Program-made: the position numbers and the translations under genes
Origin: Eledone cirrhosa
Lineage: Eukaryota
NCBI GenBank assembly: GCA_964016885.1
Contig: OZ024751.1
Location: forward strand, 42,842,001 to 42,906,000
Length of the DNA stretch: 64,000 nucleotides
Direction of reading: 5' to 3'
Shown here: positions 44,841 through 59,653 of the stretch, in pieces
How positions within the stretch are numbered: position 1 is the first letter of the stretch
How the letters are laid out: every line of letters begins with the position of its first letter
Notes under the pieces: model-generated
Told to the model about the DNA's origin: nothing
The model's input: the letters and a program-made list of their open reading frames with translations, nothing else
Databases searched by the model: none

Positions 44841-45694
44841 AATTTCTGTTGCCTGCTTATGTCACTTTATGTACGAGGTTTTAAGTAAATCCTCCTGCAA
44901 GTATTTCGGTGCGTGTTCGATCACAGTGCATCGATATCTTCTACCATGGCTTGACTTTGATCAGTTATCTTACGAAAGGTCATTTAGTGTATTCAGTATA
45001 ACGGATTACTAAACGTTCAGTTCATGTTGGAAGGATTCCAAATGTATTGATGGATTTAAAAGAAATAGCGCTGCGATTTATCAGAATATATTGCTGTACA
45101 TCAAGTGCACATATACAGCGTTGTTTCTAAGATCTGCCAAAAGATATGTTAAAGTTTGGTGGGTTGTTTAAAGAGCCAATGCTGAATGTACGTTGATTTA
45201 AATAACAGAAGCGTTCTTGTTTGGAAACGGGTGGATGGTCATGGTCACCATACGAGTAGCAGACCACAGGATACATAAGAAATATATCTCTGTTTCTTTA
45301 CATGCCTCGCTCGCTTCACCCTATTCTACGTGTCCCAATAACTTTTTTTTTAGTTATTGCTCGCACCAGCCAGAGGTATATGATCTTTAATGCGAAGAAA
45401 TACCAATGACAGCTGGAAGATCACTGATGACGGACGTCTTCTCGCTCTAATTTTATTCACATGTATCCCATTTGCAACAACGCAGCACGCCATTTTATAT
45501 ATATATATATTTGTGTGTGTGTGTAGTATTAAGGATACTATTTATGGTTATGTGTTTCTGTATGTCTCTTGTGTTGGAAAGGAGGTCATGTATGTAAACA
45601 ATCATTGAAAAATTGCTCCGAAGACTCCAAACCTCGGTTTGGAAGAAACAATTGTAAGCTAATAAATGGTTAGACCTGAACTTTGATTCATGTA

Positions 45695-45781
<87 letters not shown>

Positions 45782-45814
45782 AGATTTTTAGAAGTGGAAG
45801 GATTGCTAATTTTT

Positions 45815-45895
45815 ACACCTACTGATGAGCAGAGAGTTGGTGATGCCTTCGCTTAATATAACTTTGCGGAACAGTTTCTATAACTGTCTAGGTGT
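45815..45895 (+). ncRNA. Hammerhead homolog of 21507 with GAAA->GGAA core mutation, in element 45790-46085
   Basis: acaccta-CTGATGA-GCAGAG..CTTTGC-GGAA-CAGTT tctat AACTG-TC-taggtgt. Confidence 0.8.
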
Positions 45896-46115
45896 TTTCA
45901 GGCAGTTGCCCAATATAGGTTTGTTATTCTTTTTCTTGATTTACTACTTTAAATTAAGTCAGGCAAACCATATTGTTAGAGTTAGTATTTTTCCCCTTAG
46001 CAAACCTGGTCCTTTACAATTCGAACAGATGTATGTTTATATTTGTGTTTATCTCTCTTGTATGTTCAATTATATTATATTACATATATATATATTTACA
46101 TAATGTGTGTGTGTG

Positions 46116-46147
<32 letters not shown>

Positions 46148-46429
46148 GTGTATTTGTGTGTTGAACAATGAAATCAAAAGGTGATGTTCAGTGCTTAATT
46201 AATTCATTATTTTACGATCGTTTCAGAAGTTTGATTGATCATGATAAATCGATATATTGACTAATCGATAGTAATTTTGTAACTCCATGTAATTAGTCCT
46301 GATTCTTTAGATCCACTTCACCGTCTCCAACAAATAACTTCTCCTTTTCTTTTCATTCTTCAACATAAAATTATACAACATTAATATTTGCTGTAACAAC
46401 AAATGAAAACCTCTTTGACACAAAATAGT

Positions 46430-47170
46430 TTCACATTTAGGTTCAGGGACCCCAATGTCGGAGTGAGGGGTATCTCGATTAAATCAACTCCAATGCATTA
46501 CTGGTACTATATTTTATTGATCTCGTAAAGACATAAAGCAAAGCTAATCTTGGTGGGATTTGAACTCAGAACGTAAAAGGAAGTAGCTCTATGCCGCAGG
46601 GCATGGCATCTAACACTGTACCAATACTGCCAACTCTACCGCTCTAGCCTGATATGAAATAAAGGTTTCTCATTTAGTCACAAGGCCAAATATTGTGTTG
46701 GGTTGGGAGGAGAAAATCGATTAAATCGCGAACCCAATCTTTCGGTGAGGGACATCTTGATTAAATCAGCTCCAATGCATTTCTGGTACTATATTTTATC
46801 GATCTCGTAAAAATATATGGCAAAGCTAACCTCGGTGGGATTTGAACTCAGCAGGTAAAGGGAAGTAACTCTATGCCGAAAAACATATTATCTAACGCTC
46901 TAACGATACTGCCAACTCTACCGTTCTAACCTGATATGAAATAAAGGTTTCTCATTTAGTCACAAGGCCAAATATTGTGTTGCGAGGAAAAAAAATCGAT
47001 TAAATCGAATGAAACCAGTTCGTTACTGCTACTTTATTTTATCGATCCCAGTAAGGATGAAAGGAATAGATGACCTCAGCAGGATTTGAATTCAGAACGT
47101 AAAGGTATGTAACTAAATGCCGCAATGCATTTTTTCCGACGCTCTACTGATTCTGCCAATCCACCAGCTT
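46430..47170 (-). mobile_element. Three head-to-tail diverged SINE copies
   Basis: Repeated CTGGTAC..GATCTCGTAA..GGTGGGATTTGAACTCAG; identical junction CCTGATATGAAATAAAGGTTTCTCATTTAGTCACAAGGCC occurs twice, 282 bp apart. Confidence 0.8.
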
Positions 47171-47449
47171 ATATTTGACAGATAATTAACAAAATAAAAT
47201 AAATAATATTGCCTAGAGTCTATAGACTGTATACATGGCGTACATATTGAACACATTATATACAGTATATACACTACGGCTATATAAATGTTGGCTAGAG
47301 TCTATGGAAGAGATGAAATCATTGTAGGTTGTGGCATTATATTCTAACATTGGTATAAAAGAGGTTTAGACCTGGTTATTGCTAAATAGGCCCACATGGA
47401 GTTATGGACAGAACGGAAGCAGAAATACACACACACACAAGCGCCTATA

Positions 47450-47498
<49 letters not shown>

Positions 47499-47514
47499 TT
47501 ATATATATATATAC

Positions 47515-47678
<164 letters not shown>

Positions 47679-47791
47679 TATATAAAGAGACAGAGAGAGA
47701 TAAATGGATTGAGAAATATATACATATGTGTGTAGAAAGACAGATAGAGGAATGGGTATATATATGTATATATTATATTATATATATATAC

Positions 47792-47848
<57 letters not shown>

Positions 47849-48254
47849 TGTATGTGTATGTATACGTGCGTTAGTGCTAATATCGTCGGCTTCAATGGCA
47901 TAGAAATATCTCAATAGATTCTCAGCGGTGTTTGTGTTAAATGGTACAGAACTTGATCTTTAATATCTGCTCGTTCTGAATAGACTTGCAAACGTGTTGG
48001 CAGCTATGTCTGTAAGTCTGTCTGTGTATGGATATCTGTGTGTGTGTATGTCTCTGTGTGTATATCTCTCTGTATATATGTCTCTGTCTGTGTGTGTGTG
48101 TGGATATCTGTGTGTGTGTGGATATCTGTGTGTGTGTGTGTGTGTATGTCTCTGTGTGTAAGTTCTGTGTCTTTGTGTGTCTGTGTCTGTGGTTATCTGA
48201 GATAAGGTGTATAATGTAGTCACATAGTGTAAGTACGTGAATATATATATAGCA

Positions 48255-48486
<232 letters not shown>

Positions 48487-48652
48487 GAGTCTCTCTGTGA
48501 GTATACATACGCTTCGCCAGGTCCATTTATATAGCCGTGTAGTTATCTTTATTGCATATGTGCATGTATGAATAAATAAGTACAAATTATAAATATATCT
48601 ATATATACACACACATATCTATAAATTTATAGATATATATGTGTATGCATTC

Positions 48653-48807
<155 letters not shown>

Positions 48808-48920
48808 ATATGTGTGTATGTATGTATATATCGATGTATGAACATGCATACATAAAACATATTTAACCGGATGTGCAGACTGACTCACGCATAGAAATTC
48901 ATACATAGATATCTGCATGC

Positions 48921-49022
<102 letters not shown>

Positions 49023-49659
49023 GTATATATGTATATATATATATATATATATATGTGTGTATGTATATATATATATGTATATGTCTATATATGTTTAGAT
49101 ATGTATGTATATGTATGTGTATATAGATATATTCATATACACGCAGACATAGAGCAAATGGACACTGGAAAACAGGACAATGAATTTCATATTAAGCTAA
49201 GCATAACTGTGCTAATGTGAGACATCGCTGGAATGGAATCTGGTTCGGCATTCATAGTGTAAAGAACATAGATCATCTCGTTTCATTACATTCCGATACC
49301 TCCTGGCTGAATTGAGAGAGAGCGAGAGAGGGGGCAGATGTGTGTGTGTGTGAGAGAGAGAAGGGGAGGAGAGTTAATGAAATATAGAGATGTGTGTGTG
49401 TGTGAGTGAGAGATAGAGAGAGAGTTGGAGAGAGAGAGAGTCGGAGAGAGAGAGAGATGTGTGTGTGTGTGAGTGAGAGATAGAGAGAGAGAGTCGGAGA
49501 GAGAGAGAGAGTCGGAGAGAGAGGGGGTCGGAGAGAGAGAGAGAGAGAGAGAGAGTGTGTGTGTGTGTGTGTGTGCGAACCTGTATACGAAAGGAGAGAT
49601 GCAGTGGTGTGAGCGATGGCTAGTGACTTGAATAAAATAGATAGATAGATAGATAGATG

Positions 49660-49726
<67 letters not shown>

Positions 49727-49727
<1 letters not shown>

Positions 49728-49852
49728 TGTTTCTTTATTAGCCACAGGGGCACAAAAGAAGGGGACAAATACAAATGGAGAAGTTTACATACAATAAAAA
49801 CGTGTAAAATGTTATCACAAATGCAATTTAAAAAGTTAGTCGAATTTCCCCA

Positions 49853-49853
<1 letters not shown>
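49727..49853 (-). mobile_element. Retroelement-like 3' end embedded in (GATA)n
   Basis: Minus end TGGCTAATAAAGAAA followed by (TATC)n; homolog at 60244. Confidence 0.65.
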
Positions 49854-49914
<61 letters not shown>

Positions 49915-50115
49915 GGAGAAGTGGGAGAAATGGCATGTTAGAACTGCTCTCACTCATGACAAATGGTTGATATTCCCTCATATTTTGTTATTGTTCCGCA
50001 GTATATGTCGTCAAATTAATATATCTAGCTAATTCCCCCCCCCCCTTCTCTCTCTCTCTTTCTCATGTTGATGTGGATTCATATGTATGTTTATATACAT
50101 GTATTTGTATTGTTA

Positions 50116-50160
<45 letters not shown>

Positions 50161-50163
<3 letters not shown>

Positions 50164-50485
50164 AACCAGTCTTACTGGTTCCTATTACCCACTCTACTAC
50201 CTCAAGTATTGAGTACTTTGGTGCGTTATGGTCCACCTGGTTCCTTACCACATTTCCTTCGTTATATATATATATATAACGAAGGAAATGTGGTAAGGAA
50301 CCAGGTGGACCATAACGCACCAAATTACTCAATACTTAGGGTAGTAGAGTGGGTAATAGGAACGAGTAGGACCCCGACGTCTGAACTCAAGCCGTTTCGA
50401 CGGCTAATTCTGGACTCAAAATTTAGTCCAGAATTAGCCGTCGAAACGGCTTGAGCTCAGCCGTCGGGGTCCTACTCGTCCCTAT
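50161..50485. mobile_element. Composite family A: two 3' ends tail-to-tail across a short TA run, plus the HHR-centred hairpin
   Basis: Axes at ~50270 (TA) and ~50420 (stem II); small terminal hairpin AGGAACCAGT-ctt-ACTGGTTCCT. Confidence 0.85.
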
Positions 50486-50687
50486 ATATGTATATATGTA
50501 GATAAATCTACCAAAATATACGGTAGTGCCCAATCCGTATGAAGAACTCAATGTAATCCAAATATCATGAAAAGAGAAGATGTATTCAAAATTTTTTCGA
50601 TGAAAAACATAGGAAAACAGAGTCAAGATAAATTAATAAAAATAATGAATAAAAACAAAGAAACAGTTCCTTATATTAAAAAATTCA

Positions 50688-50819
50688 TCATTTTACGATC
50701 GTTTCTAGGATATATATATGTGTGTTGGTATGTATATCATATAGATCTATGTAAAGATTTTACAAACTATCAGAGGGAATATACATACCTACACATATAT
50801 ATGCTGTCTTCAGAAATAA
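50688..50819 (-). ncRNA. Hammerhead motif with ~100-nt stem II insert
   Basis: Minus strand: ttattt-CTGAAGA-...-GAAA-CGATCG-TA-aaatga; 23-bp fold-back 50789-50842 centred on its 5' stem I strand. Confidence 0.65.
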
Positions 50820-50842
50820 GAAGACAGCATATATATGTGTAG

Positions 50843-51075
<233 letters not shown>

Positions 51076-51104
51076 GGTCAAACTGGTTTCTTACCAGACT
51101 TTCT

Positions 51105-51135
<31 letters not shown>

Positions 51136-51444
51136 GAGGTTATTAATACAAATAGTTGAAATTAATGCCACCAAGATTTCACAGCTCTAGCATCACTCCT
51201 TAATAGGCTGACCAACATACTCTCATGGTGTAACCAAATGAGATTTATTTTTCAACCTAGTCCTTAGAAAGAAACAATGCAGTTATTAATACGAATAGTT
51301 GAAATTAATGCCACCAAGATTTCACAGCCCTAACATCAATCCCTCATAGTCAGTTTATGAACCTTTCAACCGCCCCTCATACATAATTAGGTATTATTTT
51401 GTCGTAAAGTTTAAAGACCTCGCCTAGCATATATGAAATATCTG

Positions 51445-51545
51445 GTTCGATTCCCCGCCTTTCATCCTTACGGGGTCGATAAAATAAAGTACCAGTAATA
51501 CACTGGGATAATCGCTGGCCTTGTGCCAAAAGTAGAAACAATTAT
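51445..51545 (+). mobile_element. SINE 3' part
   Basis: GCCTTTCATCCTTACGGGGTCGATAAAATAAAGTACCAG..GGCCTTGTGCC. Confidence 0.8.
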
Positions 51546-52015
51546 TTCAATATTATTTCAATATTATTTTTTTTTTCGTCTCCAAGGATATTTTGACCAA
51601 TTTCTTCAACTCATATATTTAATAACTATTATTGTAGTTATGCACATTGCGGCAACTATGTTTTCATGTTTCAAATTTCCCAATACTTCGTAAGTCAAGC
51701 AATCTTGTTCACACTTCTACCAACACGCTTTACTACAATAAATGTCTAATTTATATTTATATATTTATTTATTTATAAAAGTTAGCGTCTCAGAAAATAG
51801 CCGACCAATAATTATTAGGTATTCATTATTTACAGGTAGATTTCAGGTAAAGACAGATATACAATACAGTGACGTGCAATTAATTAAAGCTGTAAAACTC
51901 AATCAACAGACACACCCACACAGGTTTCTTTAATTATAGATGAAATGTACCTTTTCATACATTTTATTGGAGACATTTAGCTTACAGCGATTGAATACCA
52001 ATATTATTAGCTGTT

Positions 52016-52123
<108 letters not shown>

Positions 52124-52342
52124 ATGAATTAGTTTGCATGTATATATGTGTGTGTGTGTGTGTGTAGCAAGCCGCATCAGACACTGGAATAGTTCCTTTA
52201 TTTTCCTCGGAAGAAGAGATATTAATCTCGAAATATCAGGAATCAATTAAGGTAAAACCTAGGAATCAATTAAGGTAAAAAAACAAACAATCCCTGTTTC
52301 TGACGATTGATTAATTTCCGTCCAAACCCATCCAATATATAT

Positions 52343-52460
<118 letters not shown>

Positions 52461-52729
52461 ATTTACGAAATGGAAATGCGGGTATATAGAATTTATTAGG
52501 TAACAATTGTTTCTATAGTGTATGAGTTACCTATACCTCGCTACTTGAATAATACACAAATATTATCAAAAACCGAAAGTACACTGTAAGCCAACACACC
52601 ATGTCATCAGACCTTTGTATTAGAATGATATGAAAATATTTTGTACACTAGATAAAAGATAAAGAAGGAGGTAGGAAGAGAAGGGGAAGAGGGAAGTGAG
52701 TAAGGTGGAGGGAGTCTATATATATATTT

Positions 52730-52947
52730 GTAGTAAGGTTGCTTGGATGCTTCCATAGGCGGTATGCCGGTTGAGCACTTTATAGACAGAAGATTGGCTT
52801 CGAAGTCGCTAGACGTATCTGAGGAAGTTGCGAATCCCGAGTCAGGTTCGATCCACAAATAGATCTACCTCGAGCTGTTCACCGGTAAAACAATGGTAAT
52901 ACATTAATAAATTGTGTTTCGAAACATCACTGATACTTCGTTTTCCC
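52730..52947. mobile_element. TA-bounded HHR element with internal inversion; degenerate HHR at 52815-52902 (+)
   Basis: Left part is colinear with 38420-38455 and 7463-7478; right part is the reverse complement of the 7500-7625 type: gtat-CTGAGGA..AAAA-CAATGG-TA-atac. Confidence 0.7.
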
Positions 52948-53062
52948 TATATATATATATATATCCAAGATTAAATTAAGGGTGCCATATCCGAGACATG
53001 CGCCATATCCACCGTAAAATAAGCTCAAAGATTCCCATGAATAGATCCGAGCATTTTATATA

Positions 53063-53522
53063 AACTAGAAATTGATTGACATATATATATATCTAAAATA
53101 AACACATGAAACAATCACAGAGGATAATTTGTAAAGTATGTAAGCACACACAACTAGGTAGGTAACTAATTAAAGTTTAACTAGAACTTCAAATATAGAT
53201 ACCTTTTAAAATGATTAATCTTCCTTGTATATATTTCCTTAAAGAAATATATTTCACCATTAATCCGTAAACTCAAAGTAGTCAAATCACAGATTTTCAA
53301 CAAGGGAGAAGATTTAACTATCTGTGTTTACACAGCAAATGCAAATTGCCGTGTAAACACAGATAGTTAAATATATTTCTTTAAGGAAATATATACAAGG
53401 AAGATTAATCATTTTAAAAGGTATCTATATTTGAAGTTCTAGTTAAACTTTAATTAGTTACCTACCTAGCTGTGTGTGCTTACACACTTTACAAATTATC
53501 TCCTGTGATTGTTTCATGTGTT

Positions 53523-53563
<41 letters not shown>

Positions 53564-53577
53564 AATCAATTTCTAGT

Positions 53578-53578
<1 letters not shown>
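53063..53578. repeat. Large imperfect palindrome (~220-bp pairing) with a ~60-nt segment present only in the left arm
   Basis: Inner arms TTAACTATCTGTGTTTACAC/GTGTAAACACAGATAGTTAA; outer arms pair out to AACTAGAAATTGATT/AATCAATTTCTAGTT. Confidence 0.9.
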
Positions 53579-53618
<40 letters not shown>

Positions 53619-53908
53619 GACGGACTTTCAAACTTTCAAAAACATCGGCTAACTTGAGGCTATGAAAATACTTGCCGAAGATGCTGTTCTGATGAATGAC
53701 TGCACTACATAGTTATGAAGGACAATTGACACCCCTCAGCCATTTATATATGTGTGTTAATATATTCTTTCAATTGTTTCAATTATTCCTTACGGTTTAT
53801 ACTGGGACACTGCGTTCAATCCGTGGTGAACCGTTGCCCAAGGTTTTGCACAGTGAAAGCGAAAGAAAAAACCAAGTGTTTGTTATTATTACTATTATTA
53901 CTATTAAT

Positions 53909-54523
53909 GGCGGTGGATTTGCAGTATCGGTAGAGGGCCGGACGCCATGCTTTGACGCATAGAGTTACGGCCCTTGCCATTCTGAGTTGAAATCCCGCCG
54001 AGGTTAACTTTGCCTTTCATTCTTATGGGGTCGATAAAATAAAGTACCAGTCACGCACTGGGGTCGATTTGATCGACTTTTCCCTCCCCCCAAATTACTG
54101 GCCTTGTGCCTATATAAGAAACCATTATTGCTGTTATTATTATTGCTAAGAATGGTAGGCTGGTAGAAGCGTTAGAGCGTCGGACAAATGAGTAATACTA
54201 TATGTTCGAACTCTTTACGTTCTGAGTTCAGTTTCCGCTGAATATTTCCATTCGTCTTTCCAACTGCTTTTACTAACTAGCGGCAGCAACTCTTCGAAAA
54301 AAACATATTATTAGTATCGGTAGAGCGTCGGACACCATGCTTAGCGGCATTGAGTTACGCTCCTTTACGTTCTGAGTTCAAATCCCGTCGAGGTTAGCTT
54401 TGCCCTTCATCCTTACTGGGTCGATAAATAAAGCACCAGTAATGCACTGGTGTCGATTTAATCGACTTTCCTCTCTCCCATTTAAATTGCTGGCCTTGTG
54501 CCTAAAGTGGAAACACATTATTA
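53909..54523 (+). mobile_element. SINE cluster: full copy 53909-54128, partial head ~54150-54240, near-full copy 54313-54523
   Basis: Head, core and tail motifs as above. Confidence 0.85.
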
Positions 54524-54751
54524 ACAATGTTGTCAACATATCTTTTGAATAATAATATCCCCCCCCCCCCCGCCACCTCCCTGCTCTCCACCTCCCTGCT
54601 CTCCTCTCACACTTTAACAAACAACATAAACCGTAATTTCAGAAACTGTGTGATGTGTTGAGAGCTTTGTAGATTTGCAATAGAATTTATATTGATTAAT
54701 GAATATTTGTTTTGATGTTATTGTTATTTTTGTTGTTGTTTTTTGTTATCA

Positions 54752-54785
<34 letters not shown>

Positions 54786-54894
54786 TGTTGTTGTTGTTGT
54801 TGTTATTGTTGTATTTATTGTTAATAAAACAACAAACACAGATTCCAAATGCGAAGTCGTAAATTCAAATGTGTAAATATATACTGTAACACGT

Positions 54895-54970
<76 letters not shown>

Positions 54971-55183
54971 CCTCTCTCTCTCTGTCACTCCCCTACCCCA
55001 TCTATCTCTCTCTCTTTATTTTACACATGTTTCAAATAAAATATAATAAATAGGTGTGTATATTTCAAATAAATAAATGAATACATAAATAAATAAATAT
55101 ATGTATAGATATGTGTATGAGAGTGAGTGTGTGTGTGTGTGTGTATATATATAATTGTATACCATTTATGTATTTATATATGA

Positions 55184-55239
<56 letters not shown>

Positions 55240-55305
55240 GTATGTGTATATATGTGTGTATATCTATCTATTTCTCTATCTTACGGTCATTAAAAGAATG
55301 TCAGT

Positions 55306-55571
55306 CTTGAGCCCGAAGCTCATCAGGCCGGTGCTTACCCTAGTTTCTGTGGCGTAAAGCAACTGAGAGTACATGACTGTCCCCTCCCCGGGACTGGACG
55401 CCAGTCCATCGCAGGGTAAACGCCAAGCTACTGTTAGTACACATTTTCAGCTGAGTACAGTGGAGCAACGTAAATGAAATGTTTTGCTTAAGAACACAAC
55501 ACACAACCCAGCCCAGGAGTCGAAACCCTGACATTATGATCATAAGTCCAACACACTTACCACTAGGCCAT
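55306..55571 (-). mobile_element. Second tRNA-derived SINE family with a V-domain-like core
   Basis: Minus strand: TGGCCTAGTGGTAAG head, GTTTCGACTCC B box, CCTGCGATGGACTGGCGTCCAGTCC core; domain name from recall. Confidence 0.75.
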
Positions 55572-56199
55572 CATTAACTGAACACCGTAACTATTAAACG
55601 AGGCACCTTCATAGGTAACCGTATGTGTTGATAGGTGTGTAGTGGAGTACATATCTGTATCATTCACCTCACAATTGTTTATCTCTCAGTTGCATCTGTT
55701 TGGTATCCTGCTTCCCTGGTCACATCCCCCGCCCATAACCAGTATAATCAATCATTACCTCCAATCTATTTTATAACTATTCATCAGATAAAATATATTT
55801 TTGGAGCTAAAACACACCCAGTCTGAGAATAATACTAATTATTTATTTGCCTGCTCTGCATTTACTAGACAAACCAACCTTTACATGATATCACAAAACC
55901 AATAAACTGTTATTTTATCATCGCAACCAGTTAACCAGGACTGAATTGTGTGTTGTGTTCTTTAACAAAACATTTCATTTTACGGAGGAATTTGTAGTGT
56001 ACTTGAAGCATTGTGTATGGTATAAAATTTGAAGTTTGAAAGCCACGACAATGTAAAATGGACAAATAAAGAGCGAAACAAGATGTTTTGTGTTTTAATT
56101 TATTTGTATGTCCTTCAAATTAACTTCACATTTTATTTCATTTTAGGTTGCCCCAGTATACTCAGCTGAAACTGACTAGCAGGGACAACAATAGTAATC

Positions 56200-56940
56200 A
56201 CAATAACAACAAGAGCCACCACCTCAAAAACAACAACAACAACAACTACAACTACAATAACAGCCACAATAATCACCACAACAACATAAACAGAATCAAA
56301 TGAAAGAAGCAACGAATATAGCAAAAAATTCAACAACATCAATAAAGACAACACCAACAATAACAGCAACAACGATATCAACAACGACAACAACACTAAC
56401 AACACTACCAAGAACAAGAACACCACCATCACCAACAACAACATTACCATCAACAACAACGTCAGCACCACCACTACCAACAACAACACCACCAACACCA
56501 TCACCAACAACAACAAAGACAACAATTCCACCACCAACAACACCGCCACCACCAATAACAACAACGCCAACATCAACAACACCACCAACAACAACAACAA
56601 CATTAGCACCACCACCAACAACAAAAACAACACTACCACCACCAACAACAAAAACAATACTACCACCACCAACAACAACAACGCCAACATCAGCACCAAC
56701 AACAACACCAACATCAGCACCACCACCACCAACAACAACAATACTACCACCACCAACAACACCAACATCAGCACCAACAACAACACCAACATCAGCACCA
56801 CCACCAACAACAACAACAATACTACCACCAACAACAACAACACCAACATCAGCACCAACAACAACAACACCAACATCAACACCAACAACAACACCAACAA
56901 CAACAAAAACAGTCCCAACACAAAATATATTGCAACAATA
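56200..56940. repeat. Degenerate (CAA/CAC)n low-complexity tract
   Basis: Seen in sequence; gives a mucin-like PTT ORF. Confidence 0.8.
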
Positions 56941-57295
56941 ACCACAGCAAGCAACATAAAGTGGTACAACATTAATTTGATATGGTTACACTCTATTGAT
57001 TGTATAACAGTCACTGAACACTAAAAATGGTGGCCAACAGAATTTTAAAATGTCAGCCACTGATTAACTACCATTGTCGTTTATGTCATGTGACATATAT
57101 TTAACTGTATTACTTAACTGGTCTGGGGTGATCAGCTGTCTATGTTACTGAAACCAAAGTAATATGTTTGGACATACATCACACAGATGGCAATTGGGGA
57201 AGGACATTAATGGAGAAAGAGAAAGAGAAAGAGAAAGAGAAAGAGAGGCGGGGACGAGAGAAAGTGAGAAAGTGTGTTTATGATGAAGAGAGAGA

Positions 57296-57346
<51 letters not shown>

Positions 57347-57486
57347 GAGAGGCGATAAAGAAATAGAAAAAGAGAGAGGAAAGTGAGAAAGTGTGTGTGT
57401 ATGCGTCTGTGTATGAGGAAAAATAGAGAAAGTGAGAGAAAGAGAAAGAGAGAGGGTGTGTGTATATATGTGTCTGTGTGTGTAGA

Positions 57487-57517
<31 letters not shown>

Positions 57518-57865
57518 GAAATAGAGAGTGTGTATTTATGCATCTGTGTATGTGTAGGAGAGATGTTGAGAGAGAGAGGGCGAGAGAAAGAGAGAATGAG
57601 AGAAAGGAAGAAAGAAAGAGATTGTGAGAGAAAGGGAGGGAGGAAGAGATAGTGAGAGAAAGGGAAAGAGAAAGAGAGAGAAAGAGATAGGGACAGAAAG
57701 AGAGAGAGAGAAAGAGATAGTAAGAGAAATGGAGAGAGAAAGAGAAAGAGATAGTGAGAGAAAGAGAGAGAGAAGGAGATAGTGAGAAAAAGAGAGAATG
57801 AGAGAAATGGAGAGAGAGAGAGAGATTGTGAGAGAAAGAGATGAGAGAAATTGAGAGGAAAAACG

Positions 57866-57926
<61 letters not shown>

Positions 57927-58123
57927 TGGGAGAAGCAGTGATGGAGAAAGATAAAGCTAGTCGACGTCTTTCTTTCTAGAATAAGCCAAATTACACATCA
58001 AGCAATTTGTGTAAAACAATAAATTAACAGCACTAAAAAAAAATTATGAATACAACACAGGCAAATGAAACCAAAGGCAAAGACATATAATGTGAATATA
58101 TGACCATTTAATATATATGTATG

Positions 58124-58228
<105 letters not shown>

Positions 58229-58360
58229 CTGTGTGTATAATTATAGACATAGAACTTTTAAATATATAGGTTATAGCAAAATATATATAAATAAATATAT
58301 AGATATATATAGATATATATTTATTTATGTATATATATGTATGTATACACACAAACACAT

Positions 58361-58442
<82 letters not shown>

Positions 58443-58753
58443 CATTGACATATATAACTATATGCAACTATAGTATATGACAAGAGATAATGATTTTTTC
58501 TTCAAATATGTTGGCACAGAGCCTTTTTCTCTCCTATCAAGATAATTTATTTATGTCGCTATTTGCTTTTAATATAGTATTGTTGTACCTACCAACTCTA
58601 AGTCATCCCCGCCACATCTCGCTTGTTGTCGTTCTACTTCTATCTCTATATGTGTCTCTGTATATAGACAGAAACACACATACTGACAATCATACACTAA
58701 AATACATACACACACAGAGTAACAAATACATACATAGACACACACATAGACAC

Positions 58754-58855
<102 letters not shown>

Positions 58856-59295
58856 TCAGATATAGACACACTAACAACATTCACATAGATAATATAGCAT
58901 ATGAGATAGGTCCCCTTTGTATGCCGCCCGTGGTGTCATCCGTGTCTCACCCCTTACACATCTTATGAATATTCTTTGATGGTAAACATAGAAAATTAGA
59001 TTATCACTCGACGACGCCCTAAGTGTTTTCTCACTGTCCCCTACACACATGTGTACACGATACACATACACATATACACACACACATATATATATATATA
59101 TACATACACATATATATATACACACACATATATATATACACACACACACACATATATACACACATATAAATATATATACACATATATATATACACACACA
59201 CACACACACAACACATATGCCATTCGACGTTATTGTAAGTTCCACGATAATATGCAAGAAGTGAGACAGTATAATGATATATAATAGAAAATGTT

Positions 59296-59341
59296 CCTTT
59301 GTCCAAGATGGCGCCGGGCCCGGCGCTATCTTGGATAAAGG
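59296..59341. repeat. 46-bp GC-cored palindrome centred on GGGCCC
   Basis: CCTTTGTCCAAGATGGCGCCGGG|CCCGGCGCTATCTTGGATAAAGG, 2 mismatches (both G-T). Confidence 0.85.
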
Positions 59342-59433
59342 GATATTTTTCATTCTAACTATCTACTTATCTCACCCCGCCTCTCTCTATCTCTTAATAT
59401 ATATATATATATATATGTGTGTATGTGTGTGTG

Positions 59434-59484
<51 letters not shown>

Positions 59485-59580
59485 CTGTGTATGTATATAT
59501 ATATATATATATGCAAATATGCAAATATCTGTACGCATACATACTTCCATCTATTATATGCATACACAAACATGTCCACA

Positions 59581-59653
<73 letters not shown>

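Noticed and set aside
51139-51350. ~50-bp direct duplication (also short duplications at 26615-26690 and 52239-52279)
   Set aside because: Ordinary local duplications with no further structure
53685-53731. CTGATGA-ATGACT..AGTTAT-GAAG hammerhead-like motif
   Set aside because: Good stem II but mutated GAAA and no convincing stem III; possibly a decayed copy, not counted
56300-56941. Mucin-like Pro/Thr ORF (213 aa)
   Set aside because: Degenerate CAA/CAC repeat that is also open on the opposite strand; no signal peptide or domain; an exon cannot be fully excluded without RNA-seq
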